From NCBI GenBank assembly GCA_963676615.1, contig OY781092.1:384001-448000 (forward strand): a stretch of 64,000 nucleotides of DNA. The letters run 5' to 3'. Source of the DNA: Candidatus Cloacimonadota bacterium (GTDB taxonomy: Bacteria > Cloacimonadota > Cloacimonadia > G963667145). Positions 1 through 11,459 of the stretch are shown here, one piece after another. Position 1 is the first letter of the stretch. Each line of letters opens with the position of its first letter. The translations under genes and the position numbers were made by a program. Under the pieces are notes generated by a model that was given only the letters and a program-made list of their open reading frames with translations, was not told the DNA's origin and did no database searches.

Positions 1-13
1 CTAAGGTCTTTTT

Positions 14-36
14 AAAAAAGCTAAAAAACTAGCTTT
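14..36 (-). terminator. Possible weak intrinsic terminator after rpmE
   Basis: AAAGCTA/TAGCTTT inverted repeat (17-23/30-36) running into a T tract on the minus strand; AT-rich stem overlapping the stop codon. Confidence 0.35.
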
Positions 37-244
37 ATTTTTGTTGATATTTTTTCTTGAATCTCTCAACTCTACCAGCAGAGTCAACGATTTTTTGCTT
101 CCCTGTGTAAAATGGATGGCAATTTGAACAAATCTCCACATTCATAGTTTTCGATTCGCACTTGCAACTTTTCGTCTCAAAACTGTTGCCACACGCGCAT
201 TTCACTTCGACAGTATCGTATTTTGGATGAATATCTTTTTGCAT
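35..244 (-). CDS. rpmE: 50S ribosomal protein L31, Zn-binding type
   Basis: MQKDIHPKY start, CACG and [13 protein letters not shown] motifs, [19 protein letters not shown] upstream. Confidence 0.97.
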   Translation of the reverse strand: MQKDIHPKYDTVEVKCACGNSFETKSCKCESKTMNVEICSNCHPFYTGKQKIVDSAGRVERFKKKYQQK

Positions 245-332
245 TCTAAAACTCCTTATAAGACTATTAGTAGCAATATTTTCTCTGCCGTTTATTTGTC
301 AATAAAAAGTGGTGGTGGAAGTTTTTGCTTCC

Positions 333-1592
333 TCACAAATTTTTCAAATGCATTCGATATTTTTCCAAAATGCTGTCTTCCAAAACTTCAATTCCTAGTT
401 CCAGCAAAAATAAAATATCTTTTTTGGGAATCATTTTGTAGATTTCACGGATAGAAAAATGTTCGTGAATTTTTTCCCAACTTTTCCTCAAAATCTCGGC
501 GTCAAATCGATTTCGCATCAAACACTCGCCAAATCTGGGGTGAGAGCTGTTTATTTTTATCAGAAATTTGTTAAGCTTTTCTGGATAATCTTTGAGGGAG
601 AACACAATTTTTTCGAAGCAGTGTAAAAAATGTAAAGATTTTTTGTTTTGCGATAGGGGCTTAATTTTTGCCAAATATTTTTCGGATAAATTTTTGCGCA
701 TTATTAAATCTGAAATTTTCTCGCCAACGCGAAGGTAGTCCCGCAGTATTTGATTCATCCCTGTGCCGATAAATTTCGGTGTCCACAGGGCAGACTCTCC
801 AAAGAAAAAAAGGTTGTCTAGGGCATTTTTTTTCAAATCTCCCATCAAAATTGTCCCTTTTGTTTTGCTTACGATTTCTGCATTTTTCAGACCAGGATAA
901 TAAGTGAAATAATCTTCCAAAAAACTTTCTAAGAAGTCGTAATCGACCCTTTTATTTTCTAGGTAAGGAAAGACATGAACTTGGGCGTAATTTTCACAGT
1001 AGGGCATAATCCCGCCAATCATAAGTTCTTTATAGTCAGGGGTTTGCATAATTTCCCAGATAAATTTTTCCGCATCTACGCTAACATTTTTCACATTAAC
1101 GCCCAAAATTGGATAGCTTGAATATTTTGAGATTAAATCGAATTTTTTGACTATGGGACTGTCGGCGCCCATGCAATCTATCAGCAGTTTTGCTCTAAAT
1201 TTATCGTTTCCTTTGCAAATTTCGACGCCGTTTTCTATTTTTTGGAAAGTGTTAATTTCAAACGACGAAATAAAGGTGATGTTCTCTTTTTTACATCTGC
1301 TGGTGAAAATTTCTAGCAACTTTGGTTCGTTCAACTGACAGTAAATGTCTTTGAAAACCCATTTTGCACCCAAGTAATGACCAAACTCCAACGCTTCTAT
1401 CCGATTGTTAATTATTGAATCGCCCAAATCTAATTTTTCGATTAAATCTCGAAAAGATGCCCAAGATTTTGTTGTGGAGCCTATTTTGTTTTTATCAAAA
1501 ACGCAAACTTTATGGTTTTGGCTTAAAACAGAAGCAAGTGACAGCCCCGCAGGACCTGCTCCTGCGATTATAACATCAAAAATTTTCTCCAT
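333..1592 (-). CDS. FAD-dependent oxidoreductase (geranylgeranyl reductase / lycopene cyclase-like superfamily)
   Basis: N-terminal Rossmann DVIIAGAGPAG, AKLLIDCMG, and FGESA at the GD-motif position; 419 aa; visibly AT-richer than neighbours. Confidence 0.7.
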   Translation of the reverse strand: MEKIFDVIIAGAGPAGLSLASVLSQNHKVCVFDKNKIGSTTKSWASFRDLIEKLDLGDSIINNRIEALEFGHYLGAKWVFKDIYCQLNEPKLLEIFTSRCKKENITFISSFEINTFQKIENGVEICKGNDKFRAKLLIDCMGADSPIVKKFDLISKYSSYPILGVNVKNVSVDAEKFIWEIMQTPDYKELMIGGIMPYCENYAQVHVFPYLENKRVDYDFLESFLEDYFTYYPGLKNAEIVSKTKGTILMGDLKKNALDNLFFFGESALWTPKFIGTGMNQILRDYLRVGEKISDLIMRKNLSEKYLAKIKPLSQNKKSLHFLHCFEKIVFSLKDYPEKLNKFLIKINSSHPRFGECLMRNRFDAEILRKSWEKIHEHFSIREIYKMIPKKDILFLLELGIEVLEDSILEKYRMHLKNL

Positions 1593-1610
1593 AAATTCTG
1601 CTGATTTTTT

Positions 1611-2042
1611 TTACAGCGACGCAATTCCCTTGTCAACGCTCTTTATTCCCGCAGCTTTCAGCTTTTCAATGGCTTTGTCGGGATCATCAAAACGGAAAAT
1701 GAGAGCCGCACTATCGGCGCAGGTGTTGCCAACAAAGCCATACATATACTCGATGTTCAGCTTTGCCGCGTCGATGATGTCCAAAATCTCAGCCAAACCT
1801 CCTGGCTGATGCGCTACCTCCAGAGCCACGACCTCCGTGATGTTGACGATGTGCCCCTCGGACTCCAGCACGCTCTTTGCCTGCAACGGCTCGGCGACAA
1901 TCAATCGCAAAATCCCAAAATCTTTGGTGTCCGCAAGCGAAAGCGTGAGGATGTTGATTTCGTGCTTCTTCAGGTCCGCGCAAACTCTGTTCAGATGCCC
2001 GGGTTTATTCTCGATAAATAGTGATAACTGCTTGATTTTCAT
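1611..2042 (-). CDS. Tandem ACT-domain protein of the type found next to phenylacetate-CoA ligase
   Basis: QLSLFIENKPG...LSLADTKDFGILRLIV and second repeat HQPGGLA...NIEYMY; GGAGG RBS. Confidence 0.9.
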   Translation of the reverse strand: MKIKQLSLFIENKPGHLNRVCADLKKHEINILTLSLADTKDFGILRLIVAEPLQAKSVLESEGHIVNITEVVALEVAHQPGGLAEILDIIDAAKLNIEYMYGFVGNTCADSAALIFRFDDPDKAIEKLKAAGIKSVDKGIASL

Positions 2043-2058
2043 AATCGCCTCCGCAAGA

Positions 2059-3387
2059 TTATTTCCGCAAATCTATGACGCGCTTTGCTTTGCCTTCGCT
2101 TCTTTGAATGGTTTTTGGCTCGACCAGCGTAACTTTCACCGTGACGCCAGCGATGCTTTTTATCGAAGCGGCAATTTTCGCCTTGAGTCGCTCCAGCGCC
2201 GAGACTGTGTCGCCGAACTGCTCCGATTTTACCTCAACTTGCACCTCCATACAATCCAAATCGTGCTCGCGCGAAAGGTAAATCATATAATGCGGCAAAG
2301 TGCCTTCCACAGCCAGCAGCGCCGTTTCGATTTGCGATGGAAAGACATTCACGCCGCGGATAATCATCATATCGTCGCTTCTGGTGTTGATTTTCTCGAT
2401 GCGGCGAAGCGTCCTGCCACAAGCGCATTTTTCGGTGATGATTCTGGTGATGTCACGGGTGCGATAGCGAATCATCGGAATGGCTTGTTTGGTCAGCGTC
2501 GTCAGCACAAGCTCGCCTTTTTCGCCATCTGGCAGCACCTCCTGCGTTTCGGGGTCGATTATTTCGGGATAAAAATGGTCTTCGAAAATATGCAATCCTT
2601 TTTGCTGGCTGCACTCGATGCCGACGCCTGGTCCGATAATTTCCGAAAGTCCGTAGATGTCAAAAGCTTTGATGCCAGCCTCTTTTTCGATACGCTCCCG
2701 CATCTGAAAAGTCCAAGGTTCTGCGCCGAAAACGCCGACTCGCAGCGGCAAATCTTTGATGCTCACGCCCATTTCGCCTGCCACTTCCAAAATGTGCAAA
2801 AAGTAGCTGGGAGTCACGGTTATCACGGTGGAGCCGAAATCGCGCATCAGCATAATTTGCTTTTTGGTGTTGCCGCCCGAGATAGGAATGACGGTCGCTC
2901 CCAGAGCCTCTGCGCCAGAGTGAACGCCCAGTCCGCCAGTGAACAAGCCGTAGCCGTAGGTGTTTTGCAAAATGTCGTCGCTGGAGACGCCGCAAGCCGC
3001 AAGAGATCGCATCATCACATTGTTCCACACCTTCATATCCTCTTTGGTGTAGCCCACGACAATCGGTTTGCCCGTCGTTCCGCTGGAAGCGTGCAGTCGC
3101 ACGATCTCGCCCAAGGGAACGGCAAAAAGTCCATACGGATAGGTGTCTCGCAGGTCGGTTTTGACAGTGAAAGGCAGCTTGGCGATGTCCGACAAGTTTG
3201 TAATATCTTGGGGCTTTACTCCCCGCTCGTCCATTCTGTCGCGAAAAAGCCTCACATTATCATAGCTGTGCCGCACGACCCCCTGCAGTCTGTAAAGTTG
3301 CAGCGCCCTCATCTGCTCTTTCGGGATAAAATCTGGCGCACTCACCGGATTCATCGGGCTGTTTTTGTCGTTCCAAAAAGTTCCCAT
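2059..3387 (-). CDS. paaK: Phenylacetate-CoA ligase
   Basis: [13 protein letters not shown]-binding loop, [35 protein letters not shown]. Confidence 0.93.
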   Translation of the reverse strand: MGTFWNDKNSPMNPVSAPDFIPKEQMRALQLYRLQGVVRHSYDNVRLFRDRMDERGVKPQDITNLSDIAKLPFTVKTDLRDTYPYGLFAVPLGEIVRLHASSGTTGKPIVVGYTKEDMKVWNNVMMRSLAACGVSSDDILQNTYGYGLFTGGLGVHSGAEALGATVIPISGGNTKKQIMLMRDFGSTVITVTPSYFLHILEVAGEMGVSIKDLPLRVGVFGAEPWTFQMRERIEKEAGIKAFDIYGLSEIIGPGVGIECSQQKGLHIFEDHFYPEIIDPETQEVLPDGEKGELVLTTLTKQAIPMIRYRTRDITRIITEKCACGRTLRRIEKINTRSDDMMIIRGVNVFPSQIETALLAVEGTLPHYMIYLSREHDLDCMEVQVEVKSEQFGDTVSALERLKAKIAASIKSIAGVTVKVTLVEPKTIQRSEGKAKRVIDLRK

Positions 3388-3544
3388 AATGCGTTCCTTT
3401 TCCTCATAAAAAGTTTTTTCAATTTGAAACCAAGTAAGATTTTTTCAAATTTAGTCAAGCAAAAAGAGTGTGTCACAAAAAAGTTGACAGATACCAAAAT
3501 TTTGCTGTAATTGTGAAAATCGTTGATATAAAATGGAGGAGCAG

Positions 3545-4618
3545 ATGAAAAAAGTTTTGGCAATTAACCCCGGTTCGACCTCGACAAAAATTGCTGTTTA
3601 CGACGAAAACGGCAAGATTTTCGAGAGCGTTATTTCGCACGATAGCAAAGAGATAGCGAAGTTTGCAAGCGTTAAGGAGCAAAAAGATTTTCGCAAAGGT
3701 CTGATTTTGCAGACGCTGCAAAAATTTGGACTGCAGATGCAGCAGATAGATGTGGTCGTGGGCAGAGGCGGTTTGGTGCGACCTGTGGAGGGCGGAGTTT
3801 ATGCGGTAAGTGAGCATATGCTGGCGGATTTGAGCGATCAGACAATCTGGGGCAGAGCGCACGCGTCGAATCTTGGCGCTTTTTTGGCGAAGTCGCTGGC
3901 AGATTCTGTCGGCGTCCCTAGCTACATCGCCGATCCCGTGACGGTGGACGAGATGAGCCCGATTGCCAAAATTTCTGGCGTCCCCGAAATTCGCCGAAAG
4001 TCGATGTTTCACGCGCTGAATATTCGGGCGTGCATCGCCAAAGCGGCGGCAATTCTGCAAAAGCCCAAAACGGAGTGCAATTTTGTGGCGATTCATATGG
4101 GCGGTGGAATTTCGGTGGTGGCTGTGCAAAACGGCAGATGCGTCGATGTGAACAACGCACTTTTGGGAATGGGTCCGTTCTCGCCGCAGCGGGCGGGAGC
4201 TTTGCCGATTGAGGAGCTTTTGGAGATGGCGTATTCGGGAAAATACACCCTGCCGCAAATCGAGCGAAAGTTGTGCAAAGAGAGCGGATTGATAGCGTTT
4301 TTGGGAACTGACAGCGGGCTGGAGATTACCAAACGGATCCAAAACGGCGACAAAAAGGCGGAGTTTATTTTGCAGGCGATGGCGTATCAGATTGCCAAAG
4401 AAGCTGGAGCGTGTGTTGCGGTGCTCAAGGGCGAAGTTGATGCGGTGATTTACACGGGCGGGCTTGCCCATGTGCAGACGGTTTTGATGCCGTATCTAAA
4501 AGACCACTTGCGATTTTTGCCCAAACACATCGAATTTCCTGGTGAAATGGAGATGGAAGCCCTTGCCAGTGCTGGTTTGCGGGTGATAAACGGCGAAGAA
4601 GAGTCGAAAGAGTATTAG
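3545..4618 (+). CDS. buk: Butyrate (branched-chain carboxylate) kinase
   Basis: INPGSTSTKIA, GRGG, HASNLG, HMGGGISV; start moved to ATG 3545 behind GGAGGAG. Confidence 0.93.
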   Translation: MKKVLAINPGSTSTKIAVYDENGKIFESVISHDSKEIAKFASVKEQKDFRKGLILQTLQKFGLQMQQIDVVVGRGGLVRPVEGGVYAVSEHMLADLSDQTIWGRAHASNLGAFLAKSLADSVGVPSYIADPVTVDEMSPIAKISGVPEIRRKSMFHALNIRACIAKAAAILQKPKTECNFVAIHMGGGISVVAVQNGRCVDVNNALLGMGPFSPQRAGALPIEELLEMAYSGKYTLPQIERKLCKESGLIAFLGTDSGLEITKRIQNGDKKAEFILQAMAYQIAKEAGACVAVLKGEVDAVIYTGGLAHVQTVLMPYLKDHLRFLPKHIEFPGEMEMEALASAGLRVINGEEESKEY

Positions 4619-4635
4619 CAAAAAGTAGTGGTTTC

Positions 4636-5250
4636 CTAAAAATCTCGCACGCCGATAAGCACATCGTAAACATGCTCTTTGAAAATCGAAAAGGCGACAA
4701 ACAGAAGCAGAAGTGCCATTATCGTGTTCAAAATTTTCAGAGTTTTGTTGTTTTTGATAAAAGAGCTGAAAAATTGCCCGAGCAGGCAATAGCTGACGGG
4801 TGCGCCGAACACCAAAATCGTCAAAATCAGTGACATCAGCAAGATTTTGGCGCCCACGATGTTGCACGCCTCAAAGTTGATTGTGGCAATGGGCAGCGCT
4901 GTTAGTGTGGCTTTTGGGTTGAAAAGTTGAATGAAAAAACCGTCTTTGAAACCGAGCATTTTGTGCTGGCTGGAGCTTTCCACATCGACTTTTGAGCGAA
5001 AAATTTTGTAGGCGAGATAGGCTATATAGACCGATCCGACGGCGCTTAGGTAGATTAGATACTCTTTTTTGACGAACTTTTCGCTGGTGTAGCCATAGAC
5101 GCTGAAAAGTATGAACATCGCAAGGCTTGCTCCCAAGAAAAATCCGATGGAGCTTTTGAATTTTTTGTTTAGCCCAAGGTTCATACTCATAAGGTTTATG
5201 GTGCCTGGCGTGTAAATTATGCCGATTCCGTATAAAAACATTGCGAGCAT
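4636..5250 (-). CDS. LysE/RhtB-family amino acid exporter
   Basis: YTPGTIN and GFFIQLFNPKA motifs, hydrophobic 204 aa; ATG 5250 preceded by GGAGG; the ORF-track extension overlaps ilvB. Confidence 0.85.
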   Translation of the reverse strand: MLAMFLYGIGIIYTPGTINLMSMNLGLNKKFKSSIGFFLGASLAMFILFSVYGYTSEKFVKKEYLIYLSAVGSVYIAYLAYKIFRSKVDVESSSQHKMLGFKDGFFIQLFNPKATLTALPIATINFEACNIVGAKILLMSLILTILVFGAPVSYCLLGQFFSSFIKNNKTLKILNTIMALLLLFVAFSIFKEHVYDVLIGVRDF

Positions 5251-5261
5251 TTTTTTGCCTC

Positions 5262-6920
5262 CTATTTGGTAACGGCGTCTTCGATGGCTTTGCCCGGCGG
5301 AACGATTGGGTAAACGCAGGCGTCGATGTCCACTTTGCAGTGCAAGATTGCGGCGTCTTGATAGTTTAGGAATTTTTGCACGACGGCGTCGATTTTTTGG
5401 TTTTTGTCCAGATAAAAGTAGCCAAGGTCGTAGGCTTGCGCCAGTTTTTCCCAGTGCGGACCTCGCTCCAGCGTCGTGGCTGAGTAGCGCTTGTCGAAAA
5501 ACAGTGTCTGCCATTGCCGCACCATTCCGAGAGTCCCGTTGTCGATTAGCACGATTTTGATCGGCAGTTTGTAGGCGGTGACGGTCGAGAGTTCGCTCAG
5601 GTTCATTCGGAAAGAGCCGTCGCCTGTGACCAAAATCACGGGAGTTTTGGGGAACGCCATTTGTGCGCCGATGGCTGCTCCTAGCCCGAAGCCCATTGTC
5701 CCTAAGCCTCCAGAGGTGATAAATTTGCGTGGAGCGGTAAATCTGAAATTTTGCGCCGTCCAGAGTTGATGCTGTCCGACATCCGTGGTGATGATGGTCT
5801 GCTCGTCTGCCAGTTGGCTTATTTTTTGGATAATCGCTTGCGGACAAAAATCGCTCGTCGGCTCTGTTTGCGCGTCGTATTTTTCTTTGAGCGCCAAAAT
5901 TTCCCGATTCCACTGCTGGTTGTTTTTTGGCTGAACAAGCTCGGTCAAATCTTCCAAAATTTTGCCAGCGTCGCCAATCAAATTTGTTGCGCTAAGCACA
6001 TTTTTGTCGATTTCCGACTCGTCGATGTCGATGTGTACGACCTGCGCGTTCGGCAAAAAGCTCTCTGGGTCGCTGGTTACACGGTCGCTGAACCTTGCGC
6101 CGACAGCCAAAACCAAGTCGCTTTGCTGGATGGCAACATTGGTGAATTTGGTGCCGTGCATCCCCACAAGCCCTGTGTAGTATGGATAGTCGGGGTTTAT
6201 CGCGCCGAGTCCCATAAGGCTGGAAGTGGCAGGCGAGTCGATTTTTTGCAAAAATTTGTTTAACGCTTTCGACGCCCGAGGATTGTTCACGCCGCCGCCG
6301 AAATAGACATAGGGCTTTTTGCACTGGTCGATTTTTTTGGCGACCTCTTGGAGCTTGTTTTTTGGGGGATGAGCAAGCTCGACCGCCGAAATTTTTGGAG
6401 CTTCATACTCGACTTCTTGCAGGGCGATATTTTTGGGAATGTCGATTAAAACTGCGCCTTTTCTGCCCGAATTGGCGATTTGGAACGCTTTTCTGACAAT
6501 TTTTGCCAAATATTTTGCGTCTTGGACGAAGTAGTTGTATTTGGTGATGCCGATGGTTATGCCGACGATGTCCACCTCCTGAAAGCTGTCTCTGCCGATC
6601 ATCGACAAGGGGACATTGCTGGTGATGGCTACAAGTGGGCTGGAGTCGATGTGGGCGGTGGCGATTCCCGTGATGAGGTTGGTTGCGCCGGGTCCTGATG
6701 TTGCCAGACACACGCCGACTTTTCCCGTCGTTCTTGCGTATGCGTCTGCTGCGTGAGCCGCGCTTTGCTCGTGCGAGGGCAGGATGTTGGCGATTTTGTC
6801 TTGATTTTTGTAAAGTTCGTCATACAATGGCAGAGCCGCTCCGCCTGGATAGCCAAAAACGACGCTAACGCCCTCTTCTATCAAGGTCTTAACGACAATT
6901 TGTGCTCCTGTCAATTTCAT
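5262..6920 (-). CDS. ilvB: Acetolactate synthase large subunit (biosynthetic)
   Basis: FGYPGG, HEQ, TSGPGATN, DVGQHQ, GDGSFRMN TPP motif, GMVRQWQ. Confidence 0.96.
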   Translation of the reverse strand: MKLTGAQIVVKTLIEEGVSVVFGYPGGAALPLYDELYKNQDKIANILPSHEQSAAHAADAYARTTGKVGVCLATSGPGATNLITGIATAHIDSSPLVAITSNVPLSMIGRDSFQEVDIVGITIGITKYNYFVQDAKYLAKIVRKAFQIANSGRKGAVLIDIPKNIALQEVEYEAPKISAVELAHPPKNKLQEVAKKIDQCKKPYVYFGGGVNNPRASKALNKFLQKIDSPATSSLMGLGAINPDYPYYTGLVGMHGTKFTNVAIQQSDLVLAVGARFSDRVTSDPESFLPNAQVVHIDIDESEIDKNVLSATNLIGDAGKILEDLTELVQPKNNQQWNREILALKEKYDAQTEPTSDFCPQAIIQKISQLADEQTIITTDVGQHQLWTAQNFRFTAPRKFITSGGLGTMGFGLGAAIGAQMAFPKTPVILVTGDGSFRMNLSELSTVTAYKLPIKIVLIDNGTLGMVRQWQTLFFDKRYSATTLERGPHWEKLAQAYDLGYFYLDKNQKIDAVVQKFLNYQDAAILHCKVDIDACVYPIVPPGKAIEDAVTK

Positions 6921-6947
6921 ATGTTCCTTCTTTTTTTTTGCGATTTT

Positions 6948-8606
6948 TTAATTTTGCAGCACCGCTCCAGTGTCGGCAGATTGCACCATTTTTGCGTAGC
7001 GGGAAAGGTAGCCAGTGGTGATTTTTGGCGGCTTTGGCTGCGTAGTTTTTTTGCGATTTTCCAGCTCTTTTGCATCAATCAGGACATCCAGCGTCCCTTT
7101 GTGCAGGTCGATTTGGACAAGGTCGCCGTCTTGCAGATAGGCGATAGCGCCCAGCGAAGCCGCTTCGGGCGAGATGTGCCCAATGGCAAGCCCTCTTGTC
7201 GCTCCCGAAAATCTGCCGTCGGTCAAAAGCGCAACATCTTTGTCGAGCCCCATGCCAGCCAGCAGCGAGGTCGGCGAGAGCATTTCCCGCATACCCGGAC
7301 CGCCTTTTGGACCCTCGTAGGTGATGGCAATCACATCGCCTTTTTGGATTTTGCCCGCAACAATCGCCGCAACACAATCTTGTTCGCTGCAAAAAACTTT
7401 TGCTTTGCCCGTGAACTGAAAAATCGATTTATCCACTGCCGATTTTTTGATTACTGCGCCGTTTGGAGCGAGATTACCTTTGAGAATCAGCAGTCCGCCT
7501 TGCGCAGAATATGGATTTTCAATCGGTCTTATCGTGTCGAAATCTTTGTTGCTGGCTTGCTCGATTCTGCTTTTTACCGTGCCCAAAACCGTCGGCAGAT
7601 TTGTGTGCAGCAGATTTTTTTTGTCCAGCTCAGCCATCACAGCGGCGATGCCTCCAGCTCGGTCTAAATCTTCGATATGCTTGTCGCCAGCGGGGGAGAG
7701 CTTGCACAAATTCGGCGTTTTGGCGCTTATGTCGTTGATTTTGTCAAGGGGAATGCTCACGCCCGCCTCACGAGCGATGGCTGGCAGATGCAAAATGGAG
7801 TTGGTGCTGCATCCCAGAGCCATATCCACCGCCAGAGCGTTCTCGAAAGCTTTTTGGCTCATAATATCTTTGGGCAAAATATTGTGCTGCAAAAGGTGCA
7901 TAATGCGATAGCCCGTCTCTTTGGCGATGCGGATGCGCTTGCTATACACTGCTGGCACAGTTGCCGCACCGGGCAGCGACATCCCGATAGCCTCGCACAG
8001 GCAGTTCATCGAGTTGGCGGTGAACATCCCCGAGCAAGAGCCGCAAGTCGGGCAACTCTCGTCCTCATACTCTTTGAGCTTTGCCTCGTCGATTTTTTTG
8101 GAATTGTAGAGTCCGACCGCCTCGAAAGTCGAAGCTAAACTCACGGCTTTGCCCGCAACTTTGCCCGCAAGCATCGCTCCGCCCGAGACGAAAATCGCTG
8201 GCAGGTTCAATCTGGCTGCCGCCATCAGCATTCCAGGGACGATTTTGTCGCAATTTGGGATGAAAACCAAGGCGTCGAAACCGTGAGCCATCGCCATAAT
8301 TTCCACAGAATCGGCGATAATCTCGCGTGAGACCAGCGAGTAGTGCATCCCCTGATGTCCCATTGCGATGCCGTCGCAGACGCCGATGGTGTTGAATTCG
8401 ATGGGTGTGCCACCTGCGGCTAAAACGCCCGCTTTCACAGCGGCGGCAATTTTGTCCAGCTCGGTGTGCCCAGGCACGATTTCGTTTTTGGAATTTACAA
8501 CGCCGATAAGCGGCTGCTGGATCTCTCGATCTGTGTAACCACAGGCCTTCATCAAGCTGCGTTGTGGCGTCTTGTCGCTACCTTTTTTTACTACATCGCT
8601 TCTCAT
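6948..8606 (-). CDS. ilvD: Dihydroxy-acid dehydratase
   Basis: [40 protein letters not shown]. Confidence 0.97.
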   Translation of the reverse strand: MRSDVVKKGSDKTPQRSLMKACGYTDREIQQPLIGVVNSKNEIVPGHTELDKIAAAVKAGVLAAGGTPIEFNTIGVCDGIAMGHQGMHYSLVSREIIADSVEIMAMAHGFDALVFIPNCDKIVPGMLMAAARLNLPAIFVSGGAMLAGKVAGKAVSLASTFEAVGLYNSKKIDEAKLKEYEDESCPTCGSCSGMFTANSMNCLCEAIGMSLPGAATVPAVYSKRIRIAKETGYRIMHLLQHNILPKDIMSQKAFENALAVDMALGCSTNSILHLPAIAREAGVSIPLDKINDISAKTPNLCKLSPAGDKHIEDLDRAGGIAAVMAELDKKNLLHTNLPTVLGTVKSRIEQASNKDFDTIRPIENPYSAQGGLLILKGNLAPNGAVIKKSAVDKSIFQFTGKAKVFCSEQDCVAAIVAGKIQKGDVIAITYEGPKGGPGMREMLSPTSLLAGMGLDKDVALLTDGRFSGATRGLAIGHISPEAASLGAIAYLQDGDLVQIDLHKGTLDVLIDAKELENRKKTTQPKPPKITTGYLSRYAKMVQSADTGAVLQN

Positions 8607-8628
8607 AAATCTCTACCTCAAAAATTCT

Positions 8629-9690
8629 TTAAATATTTTCCGCAACCAAATCGCCCATTCGGTCTGTTCCGACCACTTTTTGGTCTTGGGAATTTGTGGC
8701 AATATCTTGGGTGCGATAGCCGTCTTCCAGCACTTTGGTTACAGCGTTTTCGACGCACTTCGCCTCTTGCTCAAGCTCAAAAGTGTGCCGCAGCATCATC
8801 GCCACAGACAAAATTGTCGCCAGCGGATTTGCCTTGTTTTGTCCAGCAATATCGGGAGCCGAGCCGTGAATTGGCTCGTAAAGCCCGAACTTTCCTGTGC
8901 CGACCGACGCAGAAGGGAGCATCCCGATGCTGCCGGTAATCATCGACGACTGATCGGAGAGAATATCGCCAAACATATTGCCCGTGACCAACACATCGAA
9001 CTGCGACGGATCGCGCACCAGTTGCATCGCGGCGTTGTCCACATACATATTTACCAGCTCGATTTCGGGGAACTCTCGGTGAACTTTTTCGACCGTCCGT
9101 CGCCAAAGCCGCGAAGAGTCCAGCACATTTGCCTTGTCCACGCTGGTCACTTTTTTGCCGCGCTTTTTCGCCATCTGAAAAGCCAAACGAGCAATTCGCT
9201 CAACCTCGCTTGTGCGATACAGCAGCGTATCGTAGGCGCTCTGCCCATCGTCCTGCCGCTTGCCAAAATAGATGCCGCCAGTCAGCTCCCGCAAAATCAT
9301 AATGTCGATGCCTTGGCGTGCGATTTCCTCTTTCAAAAGGCAAGCCTGCGCTAGAGCCTTGTGCATTTTCGACGGGCGCAAATTGGCGAAAAGTCCAAGC
9401 TCCTTGCGAATTTTCAGCAGTCCCGCTTCGGGGCGTTTATCGCCTGTGAGGTTGTCCCATTTTGGTCCGCCGACAGCTCCCAGCAGCACCGCATCGGCAC
9501 TTTTACAGATGTCGATGCTCTCTTGTGGCAATGGATTATCAGTAGCGTCCAGCGCCTCTCCGCCGATTTTGGCGTATTCATAGACAAAATCTTTGCCGAA
9601 CTTTTGCCCAACTTTATCTAAAACCTTTATCGCCTCTGCCACGATGTCTGGTCCGACGCCATCACCTTTTAAGACCGCTAGCTTCATCAT
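8629..9690 (-). CDS. leuB: 3-isopropylmalate dehydrogenase
   Basis: [45 protein letters not shown]. Confidence 0.96.
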   Translation of the reverse strand: MMKLAVLKGDGVGPDIVAEAIKVLDKVGQKFGKDFVYEYAKIGGEALDATDNPLPQESIDICKSADAVLLGAVGGPKWDNLTGDKRPEAGLLKIRKELGLFANLRPSKMHKALAQACLLKEEIARQGIDIMILRELTGGIYFGKRQDDGQSAYDTLLYRTSEVERIARLAFQMAKKRGKKVTSVDKANVLDSSRLWRRTVEKVHREFPEIELVNMYVDNAAMQLVRDPSQFDVLVTGNMFGDILSDQSSMITGSIGMLPSASVGTGKFGLYEPIHGSAPDIAGQNKANPLATILSVAMMLRHTFELEQEAKCVENAVTKVLEDGYRTQDIATNSQDQKVVGTDRMGDLVAENI

Positions 9691-10169
9691 TTCTCACTCC
9701 TTAATCTGTTCATCAAACCGCCGCTTGCGATAATCTCTTGCATAAACTTTGGAAAAGGCGTCGCTTGATATTTTTTACCCGAGCTCAAATTCTCAATCTC
9801 GCCCGATGCCAAATCCACCTTGATGTTGTCGCCAGCGGAAATCTCCGCCGCCGCTTGTTCGCATTCCAAAATCGGCAAGCCAATATTGATAGCGTTGCGA
9901 TAAAAAATGCGGGCAAAACTTTTGGCGATGATGCAAAAAACTCCCGAAGCTTTGATCGAAATGGGGGCGTGCTCTCGCGACGAACCGCAGCCGAAATTCG
10001 CACCTGCCACGATAATATCGCCGTCTTTCACGCTGCGCGCAAAATCTTCGTCGATGTCCTCCATGCAATGTTTGGCAAGCTCTTGGTGCGAGCTCGTGTT
10101 CAAAAATCGCGCAGGAATAATCACATCCGTATCGACATTATCGCCGTATTTATAAACTTTATTCATCAT
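9687..10169 (-). CDS. leuD: 3-isopropylmalate dehydratase small subunit
   Basis: [39 protein letters not shown]; start reset to ATG 10169 after AGGAG. Confidence 0.95.
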   Translation of the reverse strand: MMNKVYKYGDNVDTDVIIPARFLNTSSHQELAKHCMEDIDEDFARSVKDGDIIVAGANFGCGSSREHAPISIKASGVFCIIAKSFARIFYRNAINIGLPILECEQAAAEISAGDNIKVDLASGEIENLSSGKKYQATPFPKFMQEIIASGGLMNRLRSEK

Positions 10170-10194
10170 AAATTGCTCCTTTTTTTTACAGCTT

Positions 10195-11454
10195 TCACAG
10201 CTCTCGTGGATCGCAGATTTCTCCCGCAAGAGCACTGGCGGCAGCCACCGTCGGCGACGCCAAATACACTTCCGATTTTGTATGACCCATTCTGCCCACG
10301 AAATTTCTGTTGGTGGTGGACACGCACTTTTCGCCCTCTGCCAAAATGCCCATATGACCGCCAAGGCAAGGTCCGCAAGTCGGTGTAGAGACCACCGCTC
10401 CAGCGTTTACGAACTGCTGCACCAGTCCTTCTTCGATGGCTTGCAAATAGATTTTTTGCGTTCCGGGCAAGATGATGACTCGCACGCCGTCTGCCACTTT
10501 TTTCCCCTTGAGGATAGCTGCGGCTTGGCGCAAATCCTGCATCCTGCCGTTAGTGCAAGAGCCGATTACCACTTGGTCAATCTTCACGCCCTTCGCTTCT
10601 GCAATAGTTTTCGTGTTCTCTGGCAAAAACGGGAAAGCGACCGTCGGCTCGAGCCTCGCCAAATCGATAGTAAACTCCCGTGAATATTCGGCGTCTTCGT
10701 CCGCAGAAAACTCCGCATATTTTTTGGTGGAATGCTCGTCGATGTATTTTCTGGTCTGCTCATCCACAGGAAAAATGCCGTTTTTGGCGCCAGCCTCGAT
10801 AGCCATATTGGCGATGGTGAACCGATCGTCCATCGAAAGAGATGCCACGCCGTCGCCGCAAAACTCCATCGACTCGTATAACGCTCCGTCCACGCCAATC
10901 ATCCCGATGATGTGCAAAATCAGGTCTTTGCCGCTGACCATCGGTTGCATTTTGCCCGTCAGCGTAAACTTAATCGCCGCTGGCACTTTGAACCAAGTTT
11001 TTCCGCTAGCCATTGCGTAAGCCATATCGGTCGATCCGATGCCAGTGGAAAAAGCTCCCAAAGCGCCGTAGGTGCAGGTATGCGAGTCCGCACCAATCAC
11101 CACATCGCCAGCCACCACCAGCCCTTTTTCGGGCAGCAAACAATGCTCGATTCCCATCTGTCCGACCTCAAAATAGTTCTCAATCTGCATCTCTTTGGCA
11201 AACTCGCGCACTTTTTTGCACTGCTTGGCCGCCTTAATATCTTTGTTTGGCGTGAAATGGTCTGGCACAATCGCCACCTTTTTCTTGTCAAAAACTTGCT
11301 TCACTTTTGCCTTTTTGAACTCGTCAATCGCCACAGGCGTGGTGATGTCGTTGCCCAAAACCAACGACAAATTTGCCATAATCAAATCGCCCGCGCGCAC
11401 GCTCGCAACTCCAGCGGCGTTCGCCAAAATTTTCTGGGTCATAGTCATTCCCAT
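10195..11454 (-). CDS. leuC: 3-isopropylmalate dehydratase large subunit (short LeuC type)
   Basis: [23 protein letters not shown] Fe-S ligands, [12 protein letters not shown]. Confidence 0.95.
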   Translation of the reverse strand: MGMTMTQKILANAAGVASVRAGDLIMANLSLVLGNDITTPVAIDEFKKAKVKQVFDKKKVAIVPDHFTPNKDIKAAKQCKKVREFAKEMQIENYFEVGQMGIEHCLLPEKGLVVAGDVVIGADSHTCTYGALGAFSTGIGSTDMAYAMASGKTWFKVPAAIKFTLTGKMQPMVSGKDLILHIIGMIGVDGALYESMEFCGDGVASLSMDDRFTIANMAIEAGAKNGIFPVDEQTRKYIDEHSTKKYAEFSADEDAEYSREFTIDLARLEPTVAFPFLPENTKTIAEAKGVKIDQVVIGSCTNGRMQDLRQAAAILKGKKVADGVRVIILPGTQKIYLQAIEEGLVQQFVNAGAVVSTPTCGPCLGGHMGILAEGEKCVSTTNRNFVGRMGHTKSEVYLASPTVAAASALAGEICDPREL

Positions 11455-11459
11455 AATCG

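Noticed and set aside
1837..3510. 557-aa plus-strand ORF
   Set aside because: Antisense shadow of paaK/ACT with no recognisable motifs. The same applies to other long antisense ORFs such as 11517-12728, 14235-15458, 27415-28410 and 54962-55972.
5251..5913. N-terminal half of the 425-aa ORF, suggesting a LysE fusion
   Set aside because: Overlaps ilvB in another frame; a good RBS and ATG at 5250 define the real gene
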